NCBI RefSeq assembly: GCF_006345805.1
Contig: NC_042998.1
Location: forward strand, 88,040,001-88,104,000
Direction: 5' to 3'
Length of the DNA stretch: 64,000 bases
DNA from: Octopus sinensis
Taxonomy: Eukaryota
Shown here in pieces: positions 40,195 to 53,439 of the stretch. The stretch's first letter is position 1, and every line of letters begins with the position of its first letter. The notes below the pieces were generated by a model, which searched no databases, had not been told where the DNA came from, and saw only the letters and a program-made list of their open reading frames with translations. The position numbers and the translations under genes were made by a program.

Positions 40195-40418
40195 TTTTTT
40201 CTTTATTGCCCACAGATGGCTAAACATAGAGGACAGACAAAGGGATTAAGTCGATTACATCAACCCCAGTGCGTAACTTGTACTTATTTAATTGACCCTG
40301 AAAGGATGAAAGGCAAAGTTGGCCTTGGCGGAATTTGAACTCAGAACATAATGGCAGACGAAATACCGCTAAGCATTTCACCCGGCATGCTAATGATTCT
40401 GCCAGCTCACTGCCTTTT
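40195..40418 (-). mobile_element. SINE family B
   Basis: Same subfamily as 58324-58562. Other copies at ~21521-21620 (+, internally deleted), 26255-26570 (-), 37060-37860 (+, several), 40430-41240 (+, several), 46020-46690 (+) and 56610-56822 (-). Confidence 0.8.
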
Positions 40419-43400
40419 ATAATTATTATTGCTTCCAGAATTGTTAGCCCAATGTACAAAATACTTAGTGACATTTCTTGTAGTTTTATGGTCTGAGTTC
40501 AAATTCTGCTAAGGTCAACTTTAATTTTCATTCTTTCAGAGTTGATAAAATAAGTACTACAGAGGTCGATGTAATTGCCTAGCCCCTACACCAAAACTTC
40601 AGGCCTTGTTCCTCTAAAAGAACAATTAACATTTATTTTTATTATTACATTCTGGCGCCAGTGGCATGTAAAAAGCATCCAGCACACTCTGTAAATTGGC
40701 TGGCATTATGAAGGGCCTCAAAGCCATAGAAACTATGGCAAAACAGACAATTGAAGTTTGGACAGCTCCCCTGCTGACTAAGTCCCAACCATCCAACCCA
40801 TGCCAGCACAGAAAACAGATGTTAAACAATGATAACGTTGATGATTCTGAGTTCAAATTCCACTGAAGTTGACTTTGCATTTCATCCTTTCAGGGTGAAT
40901 GAAATAATTACTAGTAAAGCACTAGGGTTGATGTAATTGACAAGAACCCTACTTATCCAAAATTTCAGGCCCTGTGCCTATAGAAGAAAGGATTATTATT
41001 ATTATTATTATTTCTAGAAAAAAGGCAGCGAGCTGGTAGAATCATGACCACATGGGACAAAATGCTTAGCAGCATTTCTTCTGGCCTTATATTCTGACTT
41101 CAAATTCTACTGAGGTCAGCATTGCTTTTCATCCTTTTGGAGTTGATAAAATAAGTACCAGTTGATTATATTGACTAGGGTCAATATAATCAGCCAGTCA
41201 CTTTCCCCTAAAATGAGAGGCCTTGTAAAAGTCATTATTATTATCATCATCACACGCTATATATTTGGTCTTCACTTAATTTTTATCTCTATCCCAGGCA
41301 CATGAGATACAATCTTTGAAGAGGTTATAGGATGTGGGATGAAAGCATTCTGACAAAGAAACTAAAATAATAATAAAACTGAAGTGAGACCAAATATATA
41401 GAGCATATGTTTAATTGGCAAAATATGACCATTCCCAAGTATGAAAATATTATTTTCAATTCTCTGGAAAGCAAACTTAAGCTGCTGCTGAGAGAAAGTA
41501 TATTAACTACATAAATGTTCACTTTTGATGTGAGTTGTTAGTGTAACTTTATGAGAGTTGTAAATGCTAATCACTTATTTTATTGTAAATATATATATCT
41601 TGAACTCTAGTTAAATTTGTGTATTTACAAAACAATGTGTTTACCTATTTAGTTCACTTATCTGCTGTATAAAACAAGTGATTCTTATATCAATATCAGA
41701 TTGAACACAAGTGTGCTTGTGTTTATATGTGTTTGCATGTGTGTAGTGTGTGATAGATTGTTGTTTGATATTAAACAAGGAAGAGGGGAATGGTTTCTGA
41801 AAAATAAAAACATAGTTACAGAGTAGAGAATCAGATCATGGAACCTTACTTTTTCAACTTCATTACATTATAATGTAGCAACAGGTATAGTATGGAACAT
41901 CATGACACTAACAAGGAATTATTCCCATTTGTATACAAGTATCACAAAAGGTTATTTAACTTGAGGTGTGTCAAGGTTAGCCACAGTTGCAAAGTCAATA
42001 ATGTAAGCTATCACACAAAAAGCTAATCTTAACATATTCCATAACCTAAATTACTCTGACATAAAAAAATACTTTCAGCATTCCAAGCAGCTGTCTGCCT
42101 GAGAGAGAATGACTAAAGTGCTTTTTATTCTCAGTCTGAGTTACAGTGAATCATAGCATCCAAATTGAAATACATTGTATTTACAGTATGTATGTATATA
42201 TGTGTGTCTTTGTGTTTGTATTTGTCCTCCACCTCTTGACAACCAGTGTTGGTTTGTTTGTGTCCCCATAACTTAGTAGTTTGACAAAAGAGGCCACTAG
42301 AATAAGTACCAAACTTAAAAGTGAGTATTGGAATCGATTTGTTCAATTAAACCTTCCAAGATGGTGTTCCAGCATGGTTGCAGTCCAGTGACTGAAATAG
42401 GTAAAAGAATAAAAATCAAAATAAAAGAATCCAAAAATATTTTATTCAAAGATCTGAAAGAGAATATCATTGTAAACATAGAACAGTAATCTTTAAAATA
42501 TGCCAACCCTTTATATTTAAGGAACCAGAGTATACAACCTGTGATTGGTAATATGGATAGTTGTGTGATTAGGCCTTGTACTTTATGGCCATATGGTCCC
42601 AGGCTTGACCCCACTGTGTGGCACCTTAGAGAGAAGCCATCTACCAGACTTTGAAGTTGGTTAATGCTTTGTGAATAGATATTGGTGACCAGGGGCCCAA
42701 TGTGTATGTGTGTGGTGTGTGTAATGTACCTGGAGGTGAGGTGGTTACCCAAGGTGACACTTTTATGGGGTAGTATTTTTGGGTCTGTTGTATAAGCCTG
42801 TATAGGCTTGGAGTCCTGTTCCAGCTTACTCATCTGTAAATAAGCAATCCTGCAATAAACAGTGGCCTCTCTGGGCAGTATGCACTCTGGCTGTGCCACT
42901 CTATGGGTGTATATATGTATGTTTGTGAAAGCACATGAGTAAGGTATTCTGTTCACAATTGTAAGGTTGTGAGTTTGATTCCTGACAACATGTTGGGTCC
43001 TTTAGCTTGAGACTTTATTTCGTATTGCTCCACTCCACTCAGCTGGCAAAAATGAGTAGTACCTGCAGTTTAAAATGGCTGGCCCTGTCACATTCTGTCT
43101 TACACTGAATCTCCCTGAGAACTACACTTAGAGAATGCATGTCTGTGGAGTACTCAGCTACTTGCATGGTAATTTCATGTGCAAACTGTTCTACTGATGA
43201 GGTCAACTGGAACCCTCATCATTGTAAGCAACACAGTGCCTCTTTATGTGTGTGTGTATATATATAAATGTTTGTGTAAATGTGTGTGTATGTGGGTAAA
43301 CACACATGTATTGTTTGATAATGTATATTAGTGAAAAATGTAAAGATCTGCTTGCAAACCAGTAAGCTAATAATTTTGAATAAAGACTCTTGTGGTATTT

Positions 43401-43971
43401 GTTCTGCCTAGGTTGCATAGAAAATCTTCTGCTTCTTTGTCCTCATGAATTCAGTGAACCAATGATTAACCCATAACCAGCAACTGTTCAAAAATACGAT
43501 ATGAAATAAATAATATGTTCTTGAGATCCTCAAACAAAATACCAGCACTTGTTTCTGAATACAAGCGTAAAAACTGGTATCATTTAAAGAACTACAAGAT
43601 TTTCTAATTGCTGTCATAATGCCATAAGACACTAATATGCCTGTTAACAAGTCAAAAGGATAAAATAGCTTTTGATAATTCCTCTCAGTTGGAGTATAAA
43701 ACAATTAATGACCCTAAATACACACACACACACACACATACATGTGTGTGTGTGTGTTTGTGTGCATTTTGTTCTGAAATGAAACACTTCATTTCACATT
43801 GTTCCAGCTTACTCATCTGTAAATAAGCAATCCTGCAATGAACAGGTATTCCACTTAAGGTATATGTTGGCCAACACACCAAGCCCGCTGGATGGCATCA
43901 TTCAAAACCAAAACCAATACAAAAACTTATTGTGATCTGTAGTGCATTACATGTGTGTGTGCGTAACTCTT

Positions 43972-44040
<69 letters not shown>

Positions 44041-45247
44041 TAGTTAAAATATGTTTGTGACATATTTCAGCTGCTAAAAGGCAAATGCAGTGCAGCTATC
44101 ATGGAGAAAATATCTCTCAAATATATTGTTTTATTTCTGGATTGTCATTTTTTTTTTTTGCCAAATAAACATACATACATTAGATATTTGTTTTTCACTC
44201 ATTTATTACTGTTCTTATTTTAATTGATGTCTATCAATTAAAATAAGAACAGTCATAAACGAGTGAAGACTGAATAGTGCGTGTATTTATTTAGCAAAAA
44301 AAAAAAAAAATTACCATCCCAAAATACAACAATATTTGTTTCAACACACAGTTTCACATCAGGAATTTTGCATCTCAAATTCATAAATGTGTGTTTTTGT
44401 GTGTATTTCTTTCTCCTCTCTCTATATATATATCTGTGTGTGTGTAAATCCCATGTATACACACACACTTTGACATAAGTACCCTTTCACTTACCAATCC
44501 ACCCTTCTGAAACCACCTCATAGGTGGCCTATCTCTCGGGCTAAAAAGCCTTTTCCTTTTCTTCTCCATGTTCTAATTAATTTCTCTCTTTTTCCTCTTC
44601 ATCTCTTTATTTATTTATTTATTTATTTACCAGAAGAACTAATGCTCAAAATGTGTAACTTTTCCTTTCATTCAAGTGTTAAATTAACACTGTATTCATG
44701 TCATAGTGTGTTTCTTTCTGAGCTCCTTTTTTAAATCTTACATAATATACACACATGATGAATGCATGCATGCAAACATACATGTGTAATAATGAGAAAC
44801 AGTTGACAAGGTACATATTAATATAAACATATTATCCAGACATTGCTGAAGTTTCATGCTTTAAATGGTGATCATCAGTAGAAGAAAAGGAATATATCAT
44901 TTGTTCATTTTATGTTTGATTTACAGTGCTATCATGTGTTAGTGAAATATAATTATTGAGGTATTGTTTTGCAACTAAGTACCATTCCTGTCATTAACCC
45001 TTAACTGTAATTTGAATTAATAAATTTTCATTCCACTTGTCTTGGAATGTGCATTGCTACTGATTGACCTGTTGACCTAAGAATATTAACATTTGTGTCA
45101 TCAAAGGAACAGCTTTTTCTTTCTCAAGAAGAGGTGTTTTTTAATAGTTACACATACATTGCTGATATTGATTCCTGTATATTGGTGTAAATAGAAATAC
45201 TCACCTATATGGTGTTTTTTATTTTATTTTTCCCATTTTGCTTACAG

Positions 45248-45367
45248 GTTCATCTTCAAACACAGCAGAAAGAAAATGTTCGGACTACAACACTTTTAGC
45301 TCGTATTATTAAAACTGATGGCATTTTGGGTTTTTATAATGGTCTAACAGCTTCATTACTTCGACAG
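45248..45367 (+). CDS. SLC25A10: Mitochondrial dicarboxylate carrier, coding exon 2 (VHLQTQQKENVRTTTLLARIIKTDGILGFYNGLTASLLRQ)
   Basis: Acceptor ttttgcttacAG at 45246-45247 and donor CAG|GTATGT at 45368. 120 nt, phase 0/0. Continues LLK-VHLQTQ and carries the DG...YxGLxAxLxRQ motif of DIC. Confidence 0.95.
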
Positions 45368-46410
45368 GTATGTTGAAAATTATTTAAAATTATTCACTTT
45401 GTATGATTATTTAAAATTATCACTTTCTATGGTCGTCATCATATAAAATGATTACTATATTTGATGGCATATGATATGCGCTTATTTTCAAATATGAAAA
45501 AAATATCTCAACAACTTGGCCTGTTTGCTATATGCAAAGCTGCTTTAAATATTGTATGCTTTAATGCACTAAAAGCATTTTCCTAAATATGTACTGCTGA
45601 AATTGGAGTTTGTTTAATATTCTCATATGTCTTTTATGCCATCAAATATGGTAGGTACATGCTTTATGTAGCCAGGCCTGCATCTCAATAAATGGGCCCA
45701 TCCCTTCAGGGCCAAAAGAAACTTCAGATCCCAGCAATTGTTGATACACTATAAAGCTCAGATGAATCTGAAAAAGAAGTATTGCTCTCATAACCTTGAC
45801 TACATCCCAAAAATGAGTCTCCATTACCATAGTCTACTCACAGACATATTCAGTTTCTGTCTCATGAGCTCACTGTCTCCTCTCTCTACTTTTTCTATGG
45901 CTAAAATATTGGCTTTTGTTCCTCAGAGTTGGCTGGAACCATGCTGCCTCTTCTCATTCCATTAGCTGAGAAGCCAATTGCTTTATATCATGTCACCCAT
46001 AATTTGCTATGGTCCTTGTGAAAATTTACCCCACCCGAATTGTTAGCATACCCGACAAAGTGCTTAGTGGCATTTTGTATGTCTTTACATTTGAACTCAG
46101 AACGTAAAGGCAGACATTTCTGAGACTGACTTTGCCTTTTATCTCATCAGTGGCAATAAAATAAGTACCAGTCGAGAACTGGGGTACAATATAATTGACT
46201 AACTCCCTTCACAAAAATTTCAGACATTATTATTATTATTATTATTCAGTAGTTTTATTTTTATAGCGTGCTTTCATTTCACTACCGAGCGCAGCTCTGT
46301 GTGCCTTGGGTATGTGCTGTGATTTGTTGTGATGCTCTGATGGTTATTGTATGGAAAGTGTTTTGTGTAGGATGTGTGCAGTGCCTAGTAGTGCAATTTT
46401 CTGTATGTTA

Positions 46411-46453
<43 letters not shown>

Positions 46454-47129
46454 TATTATTTAAGGCTGTTAGTTGGCAGAATCATTAGCATGCCAGGCAA
46501 AATGCTTAGCGATATTTCACCTGTTGCTGTGTTCTGAGTTCAAATTCTTCCAAGGTCGACTTTGCCTTTCATCCTTTCGGGGTTGATAAACTAAATACCG
46601 GTGAAACACTGGGCTCAATGTGATTGACTGTCCCCCTCCCCACAAAATCCAGGCCTTATGCCTATAATAAAAAGGATTATTTTTATTATTATATGATGAA
46701 AACTCTCAGCTTATTTTGCTACCCATAGCCAGCAGACTAAGGTGACACTTGTTTACTGGTCATGCTTCAAGAGCCCTGCAAAGAATTCTTACAGTTCCAA
46801 GCAATGCTGCTTTTTGTACCAATCTTTTCAAGCCATGTTGGCTGTTGAGTGCTGATACTTCCAAGTGCATCAATTACTATTGGTATCACGTCTACTCTCT
46901 TCATTGTCCACAACCTTCATATTTCGCACTTCAAATCATCATAGTTGTTCAGTTTTTCTTCTTTCTCTTTGATCACTGGGTAGAGCTGGCCTTAGGATGT
47001 GCGGGTCCCAGTTGGGAACAATTTTGGTTGGCCCCAGGTTCCCAGTCAACTTGCACCAAAGTCTATAGAATTATAAAAATTTAAATATAAAAATATAAAA
47101 ATCCAGCCGTTGAAACTATGCTACCATGC

Positions 47130-47308
47130 AGTGTCACATAAAAGCACTTGGTCCATGCTGTAAAGTTGTGGCGTTAGGAAGAGTATCCAGCCACAAAATA
47201 CATGCCAAACCAGAGGGGTGCCAGACATAGCCCCTGGCTTGTTGGCCCGTGCCAAACTGTCCAACTTATGCCAGCATGGAAAACGGACGTTAAATGATGA
47301 TGATGATA
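47130..47308 (+). mobile_element. RTEX-tail-derived repeat
   Basis: ...gccagcatggaaaacggacgttaaatgatgatgatgat. Further copies at ~27340-27548 (+), 28200-28500 (+), 32258-32520 (-), 38890-39120 (+), 40650-40850 (+) and 61445-61660 (-). Confidence 0.75.
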
Positions 47309-47924
47309 TGCATATATATATATCCACATGTATATATTTATATGTGTGAGTATACATATATATGTATATATATGTGTGTGTGTGTGTGCATGGTAGCTTT
47401 CTGAAACATAGATAATTTGTTAATAAAATTTTCTACATATACATCTCAGATGGTGTAGATTACAATTATATTGAAATTCGTCGTGTAAAGCACTTTTCTC
47501 TCTCTTTTAAACAAACTCAAAGGTAGCTGGTCTTCAACATGGTTGTTTAGTATGCTAGAAATAGTAGTTATTAGGCATAAAAAAAAACAGCCACTATTCT
47601 GATCTCCTAATACGCTACAAGGGGGAAAAAAGTCCTTTGCAGTATACTAGGAGCTGAGATTAGTTGATAGCATGCAAAATAAAAAAAAAAGGGGACAAAA
47701 AAATAACTCCAAAGTGAGAGGGGATTCCAGGGGTCTACCCCACCCTCCGATTTTGGTGGAAAAACTCATTTGCGGTATATTAGGCAATGAAATTAGTTGA
47801 TAGCGCGAGAAAAAAGAAAAACAAAGAAAAAGCATTATTTCTCATTGAAATCAAGTAGGGTGTTGTTAAACTATAACTTTAAAACTACATCTAAACGGCA
47901 TATATATATATATATACATATCAT

Positions 47925-48910
47925 CATCATCATCATCATCATCGTTTAACGTCCGTTTTCCGCGCTAGCACGGGTTGTACGGTTTGACCGGGTCTGGGAA
48001 GCCAGGGGCCGCACCAGGCTCCAGTCTGAATCTGGCAGAGTTTCTACGGCTGGATGCCCTTCCTAACGCCAACCACTCCGTGAGTGGATTGGGTGCTTTT
48101 CACGTGCCACCTGCACAGGTGCCGGAGGGTCCGGCATCGTCACGATCGGTTCGAGCATTTTAGGGTATGTGGAATTGCTGCAGAAAGCAGCCCGGGTCTT
48201 TGTAGTCACAGCATTTATCGTCACTGAGTAACGTAATTAGGTAGAGGAAAGAAATACAGATATTCTAGAGTTGAGTTGGGGAGGGGGGGTCCAGTTGAGG
48301 CGGGTAATATAGGGGAGCAACCAGTGGGGAAGGTTGGGGTAAGGAGGAACGATGGCAGGAAGGGGTTGGTGAAGGTTCCTAAGAAATAAAAACGTAGGAT
48401 ATTGAAATAAAAACGTAGGATATTACGAGGCGGGAGGGTACTAAAGGGGATGGTCGGAATGAGGCAGTGTCAGGAGGAAGCGTAAGATCGGTGGGCAGTT
48501 GATGAGCTATGGCGCTAGCAGCTTCTCTTTTCACAGTGAAAGCATATGAGGAGAAGGGGAGGGAGTAGGGCGTACCCGGTGTAGATGAGTAAGGCGTATC
48601 CGGTGTAGATGGTGAGAACAGGGTATACTGGTATTGGTGGTGGGGGGTGAGAACAGTGTTCACCGGTATTGGTGGTGGTGGTGGTGAGAACAGAGTTCAC
48701 CGGTATTGGTGGTGGTGGTGGTGAGAACAGAGTTCACCGGTATTGGCGGTGGGGGTGGGGGGCGGGCGCACCGCCAATGGCGGAAAGATGGGAAGAGATG
48801 GGATTACGGCTTGAGGTAGCCTAAGGTTAAATTTTGTAGAGAGAGAGATAGGAAAGATAAATCAAGTTATGGCGAAGGCTTGAAAGTAGCCTAAAAGGTT
48901 AAATTTTCGT
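47925..48910 (-). mobile_element. Young GC-rich composite element ending in an RTEX-type tail
   Basis: CpG-intact tail at 47925-48150 joined to a GC-rich body with internal 21-bp and ~37-bp tandem repeats and G-runs. Confidence 0.5.
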
Positions 48911-49044
48911 AACAATGTATGAATAAACGTAGTAACAACGAATAAAAATAGTAAGATAAATTTTTAAGAACTTGCTGCGGGCATCGATCGAGAGTTGAAA
49001 TATATACTCACACACACATATATATATATAAATGTACACACACA

Positions 49045-49076
<32 letters not shown>

Positions 49077-49081
49077 TATAT

Positions 49082-49145
<64 letters not shown>

Positions 49146-49825
49146 TTTAATTTAGAGATAGTAGACCCCTACATCTCACCAAATAAAAAGAATTTTTATT
49201 TTTATTTTAAATACCTACTGTTTTATTACTTGGCAACACGTGTTTCATGAGGTACATCCTTGGGTTCCTAAACCACTCCGTGTTTCCCTGGAACCCCTCT
49301 CAAGATGCAACCCCAATCATCAGGCCCTTATACAACTTTATCAACGTTCAACACAATAAACCATATTTTAATTTTTTTAAACCCTTAAGTATGTGTAAAA
49401 TAGGTATGTTTAAATTAGTTTCACTAAAGTACAAGCCATAATTCAAATAAAGATAAAAATTTACAGAAATAAAAGTTACATGAATAAAGTAGGGAATAAA
49501 AATCAAAAGAAAAAAAATTTACAAAAACTATGTTAGTAATATATACAAAAATGTGAACAAAAACGAAAAGAATAGCAAGAAAAATATATACAAATAAAAA
49601 TAAATATGAATAAAAATAAAAATAAACGGGATGGCAAGGAAAATATACACGAATAAAAGTTAATAAACATGGAGGCAATGACAAAAAGATAATTTCAAAT
49701 AAAAGAGCTATAGTTCTAAAATGAACTGCAAAATTTCAAGGGATATGAATGGTAACTTTTTTAAAGTTGTGTGTGTAGATATATATATATATACACACAC
49801 TTATATATATACACACATATATATA

Positions 49826-50357
49826 TATCATCATCATCATCATCATCATCGTTTAGCGTCCGCTTTCCATGCTAGCATGGGTTGGACGGGTCAACTGGGG
49901 TCTGTGAAGCTGGAAGGCTTCGTCAGGCCCAGTCAGATCTGGCAGTGTTTCTACGGCTGGATGCCCTTCCTAACGCCAACCACTCCGCGAGTGTAGTGGG
50001 TGTTTTTTACGTGCCACCTGCACAGGTGCCAGACAGAGCTGACGAACGGCCATGAACGGATGGTGCTTTTACGTGTCACCGGCACGGGGCCAGGCGATGC
50101 TGGCAACGGACACGAACGGATGGTGCTTTTACGTGCCACCGACACGGGGCCAGACAGAGCTGGCAACCGGCCACGAATGGACGGTGCTTTTACGTGTCAC
50201 CGGCACGGGGGCCAGCCGAGGCTGGCAACGGACGCGAACGGATGGTGCTTTTACGTGCCACCGACACGGTTGCCAGACAGAGCTGGCAAACGGCCATGAG
50301 CGGACGGTGCTTTTACGTGTCACCGGCACGGGGGCCAGCCGAGGCTGGCAACGGACA
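49826..50357 (-). mobile_element. Young RTEX-tail repeat with six ~61-bp tandem units
   Basis: CpG-intact tail followed by units with TACGTG at 50008, 50070, 50130, 50191, 50252 and 50314. Confidence 0.85.
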
Positions 50358-50362
50358 CGGAC

Positions 50363-50463
<101 letters not shown>

Positions 50464-50911
50464 ACTATAAATAAGGGTATCTGAGAGACACCACCATGCC
50501 GAAATAGCAGTCAAAATCCTGACTCTAAAAACCACCTAAAATGTTCATATCGCACCATGAGATAAGATAGAGAGACAAAATAAACTAACAAAAAGATATT
50601 ACTGGATAATTCAAGATCCTGGATTTCTAGCTTTGCTTCAAATAAGCTCTGCTTTCATCAGTTGAATATACAGATGGGCACATAAATACAAATATATATA
50701 TATACAGAACACACGTTATACTTACATATACGAACGTCCATACATACATATATCTGCACGTATGTACAAGGCGAGATTCAAATTGCCTGCCAACCACCTT
50801 GTAAGTGCGATATGGTCAAAATAAACACTGCAGTGAATATAGTGACGGATTATATGAAGGATTATTTTTGTTGTGAATGACAAATGAGAGTTCATTGAAA
50901 TAAACTGGTGA

Positions 50912-51960
50912 TCATGTTCTGTGGACATACATGTGTCTCTTGAGGCCTGCTGATGCCTTGCAAACCTTTTGGCAAATGGAATACGTTGAGGACTCAATTT
51001 GCTCGAGTACTACTGTTTTTTTGAATGGACAGCCAGGCCTTCCTTGTTCTGTGCCACAAAATCACAATGACAAGTAAGGTTTTCATTTAGGGGAGCTGCA
51101 TTTTGCCAGTGTGCCTTCCTGCTAGCATGAAGTTGGTCTCAGTGTTGGAGTTGACTTTGCTCAAATTGTTGAACTGAGGAGAAGCAGGACTGGTACCAGG
51201 TCCTGTGTTTTGTTTTCCCAAGAGGGAAAGGGCATGTTGCATCACTTCAGATTGTCTTTTAGTTTGTCTTTGAAGCACTAGAGTGGTCTTCCAGTTGTCC
51301 TTCTTATTGGGAAATGGCTAAAGAGAAGTTGCTTCTTAATTCTGATGTCTCTGATATGTGAGAGATGACTTGACCATCTAAGCTGTACTTTGATGAGGAT
51401 GGCTTGAATACCTGATATATTGCATTTTGTTAGCATCTCACTGTTATGAATATGGTCACTCAGTTTTATGTTGGAGATAGTATGCAAGCATTGCATATGG
51501 AAAGTGTTATGCTGGTTGATGTGCTTTTGATACAATGTCCAAGATTTAATACCATTAAGCAATGATGTCAAAACTGCATCAACTTTCACCTTCACCATTA
51601 CATCATAGCTGTTCCAAAGCCTATGGTAAAGCTTACTGAAAGTGGAACTAACCTTCCTGATCCTGGACTCAATTTTTTTATATCTATCTTAGCATAATTG
51701 GACACAATGGAACCACAATAAACGAAGGAGGAAACAATTTTAAATGCTTTCCCATCACCATGTACAGTAGGGACAACAGTGGGAGGATGATCACAAATGG
51801 GCTGATGGACAAGTTCAGTTTTGTGGATGCTGATGGCCAGACCAAAAACCTTTGATGCATGCAAGAAGTTATTTAGAATCCATTGCATGTCTTCAAGAGT
51901 GTGTGCTGTAAGTGCACAATCATCTGCAAAGAGGAGATCTAAACTGTTTGCGTCAAAGTC
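50912..51960 (-). mobile_element. RTE (BovB-like) LINE 3' fragment
   Basis: DLLFADDCA at ~51913-51939, FGLAISIHKTELVHQP, QLRWSSHL and a C-terminal C2H2-like ICQKVCKASAGLKRHMYVH before the stop at 50912. Confidence 0.85.
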
Positions 51961-52203
51961 TTAGTTTTTGTGTGTCTCTGTTTGTCCCCACCACCACCAC
52001 CACCATCACTGCTTACCAACTGGTGTTAGTGTGGTTACATCCCTGTAATTTAATGGTTCAGCAAAAGAGACTGACAGAATAAGTACCTGGCTTACAAAAT
52101 ATAAAAAAGTCCTGAGGTTGAATTATTCAACTAAAAATTCAAGGTGGTGCCCTAGCATGGGAACAGTCTATGACTGAAACATGTAAAAGATAGAAGATAT
52201 ATA

Positions 52204-52427
52204 CAGGGTGGCCCAAAAGTAGGTTTACAGTTATCATGTAGGCACTCTAAATTCCTTTTAAAACATTTTATTACATTTAAATTTCTATCTTACAATCATA
52301 TTGTTTATTATATAGATTAGCATAGAATAATGGTTTCATATTTTTTTATAATCAAGATCTAAACCGTTAATACATGAATGCGAAAGAGATAGTTGAATAA
52401 CTGTAACACTACTTTTGGGCCATCCTG
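52204..52427. mobile_element. Tc1/mariner-type MITE, 224 bp, 31-bp TIRs, TA TSD
   Basis: TA-CAGGGTGGCCCAAAAGTAGGTTTACAGTTAT ... ATAACTGTAACACTACTTTTGGGCCATCCTG-TA (28/31 match). Confidence 0.9.
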
Positions 52428-53028
52428 TATATATCAATGCATGAGTTTCAAGCACCACAAAACAGCATGAATTTGAATATCAAGAGGTGAAGAAAATTAT
52501 TACATGTAGTGAATGTAAGGCACTGGAGAAAAATTTATATTTATTGCTAATATATTTTTATGGTGTTTGTTCACATTTTCATATCTAATTATGAATAAGG
52601 TCACTTATGTAAGTCTGTAGTATTCCTATGAATATTCATCTAAATCTCCACCCACCCCCACCCCCAATCCCCATCACAGCTTGAATGTTTTGACATGGAG
52701 AGTTTTTGTTAAGGTGTCTTCTACATACAAATCGCTTAGTAGTGGATTTTATGCTATTTCTGTCAAGGCTGAAGCTTCGTAGGAGAGAAAGGAGGTATGT
52801 CAAAAATGGTGTTGAAGGTTAAAGAAATTAGGATGAGACAAAGAAATAGACAGAAAGAGACAGAGAGAACAAGGGAAGTAATGAAGGAGAGAAGGGAGTG
52901 GTTACAAGTGTTAGTGAGAGGTAGAGATATGGTTAGGCTGAAGAGGAAAATAAAGATACACCAACAAATTTGTAAAAGCATTGTGGTAGGGTGGGAAGAG
53001 CTAATGACAAGGAGAAACTGTAGAAACA

Positions 53029-53420
53029 TATTGGGTCATCCCATAAATAATGCAGGGTGGGGGGGGGGGTTATACTTCTTTTATTTTTCAAAATTAAGAT
53101 AAACAAAGTTCTTTTTTTAATCTAAAATATATTCTCCTTAATTTTCTACAATGCTCTTCCATCTATATGGTAGACTTGCAAGGCCCCTCTTCCAAAATTC
53201 CCTTGTCCATAATGCAAAATACTCCCCCAGTACTGTTTTGACCTCATCTACAGAATTCGTATTTTTTCCATCCAAATGATTTTGAAGACTGTGGAATAAA
53301 TGATAATCAGATGGGGCAATGTCTGGTGAATATGGTGGGTGGGACATTATTTCCCATTCAACTGCTCCAGCCTTTGAAATGTCATCCTCGCTGTATGTGG
53401 CCAAGCATTATCCTGATGGA
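53029..53420 (-). mobile_element. Mariner transposase 3' remnant with right TIR
   Basis: HPPYSPDIAPSDYHLFHSLQNHL is the mariner YSPDLAPxD motif. TA-TTGGGTCATCCCATAAATAATGC at 53029 looks like a TIR. Confidence 0.85.
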
Positions 53421-53439
53421 AGAACACATTTTGTCTTGA

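Larger units (their letters stand above)
25220..45247 (+). other. SLC25A10: SLC25A10 intron 1 (20,028 bp), repeat-filled
   Basis: GT..AG between in-phase exons 1 and 2. The DIC peptide is continuous across it, so no coding exon is missing. Confidence 0.88.

Noticed and set aside
42315-42956. 213-aa minus-strand ORF
   Set aside because: Built from adjacent SINE fragments read antisense; no protein-like motif.
42817-43845. 46-bp direct repeat at 42817-42862 and 43800-43845
   Set aside because: Both are the same segment of a dispersed SINE family, related to the reverse copy near 39690-39750; not a locus-specific structure.
49995-50357. Regularly spaced repeat with variable interiors, superficially CRISPR-like
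   Set aside because: The apparent spacers are homologous to each other, the array is part of a LINE 3' tail, the context is eukaryotic and no cas genes are present.
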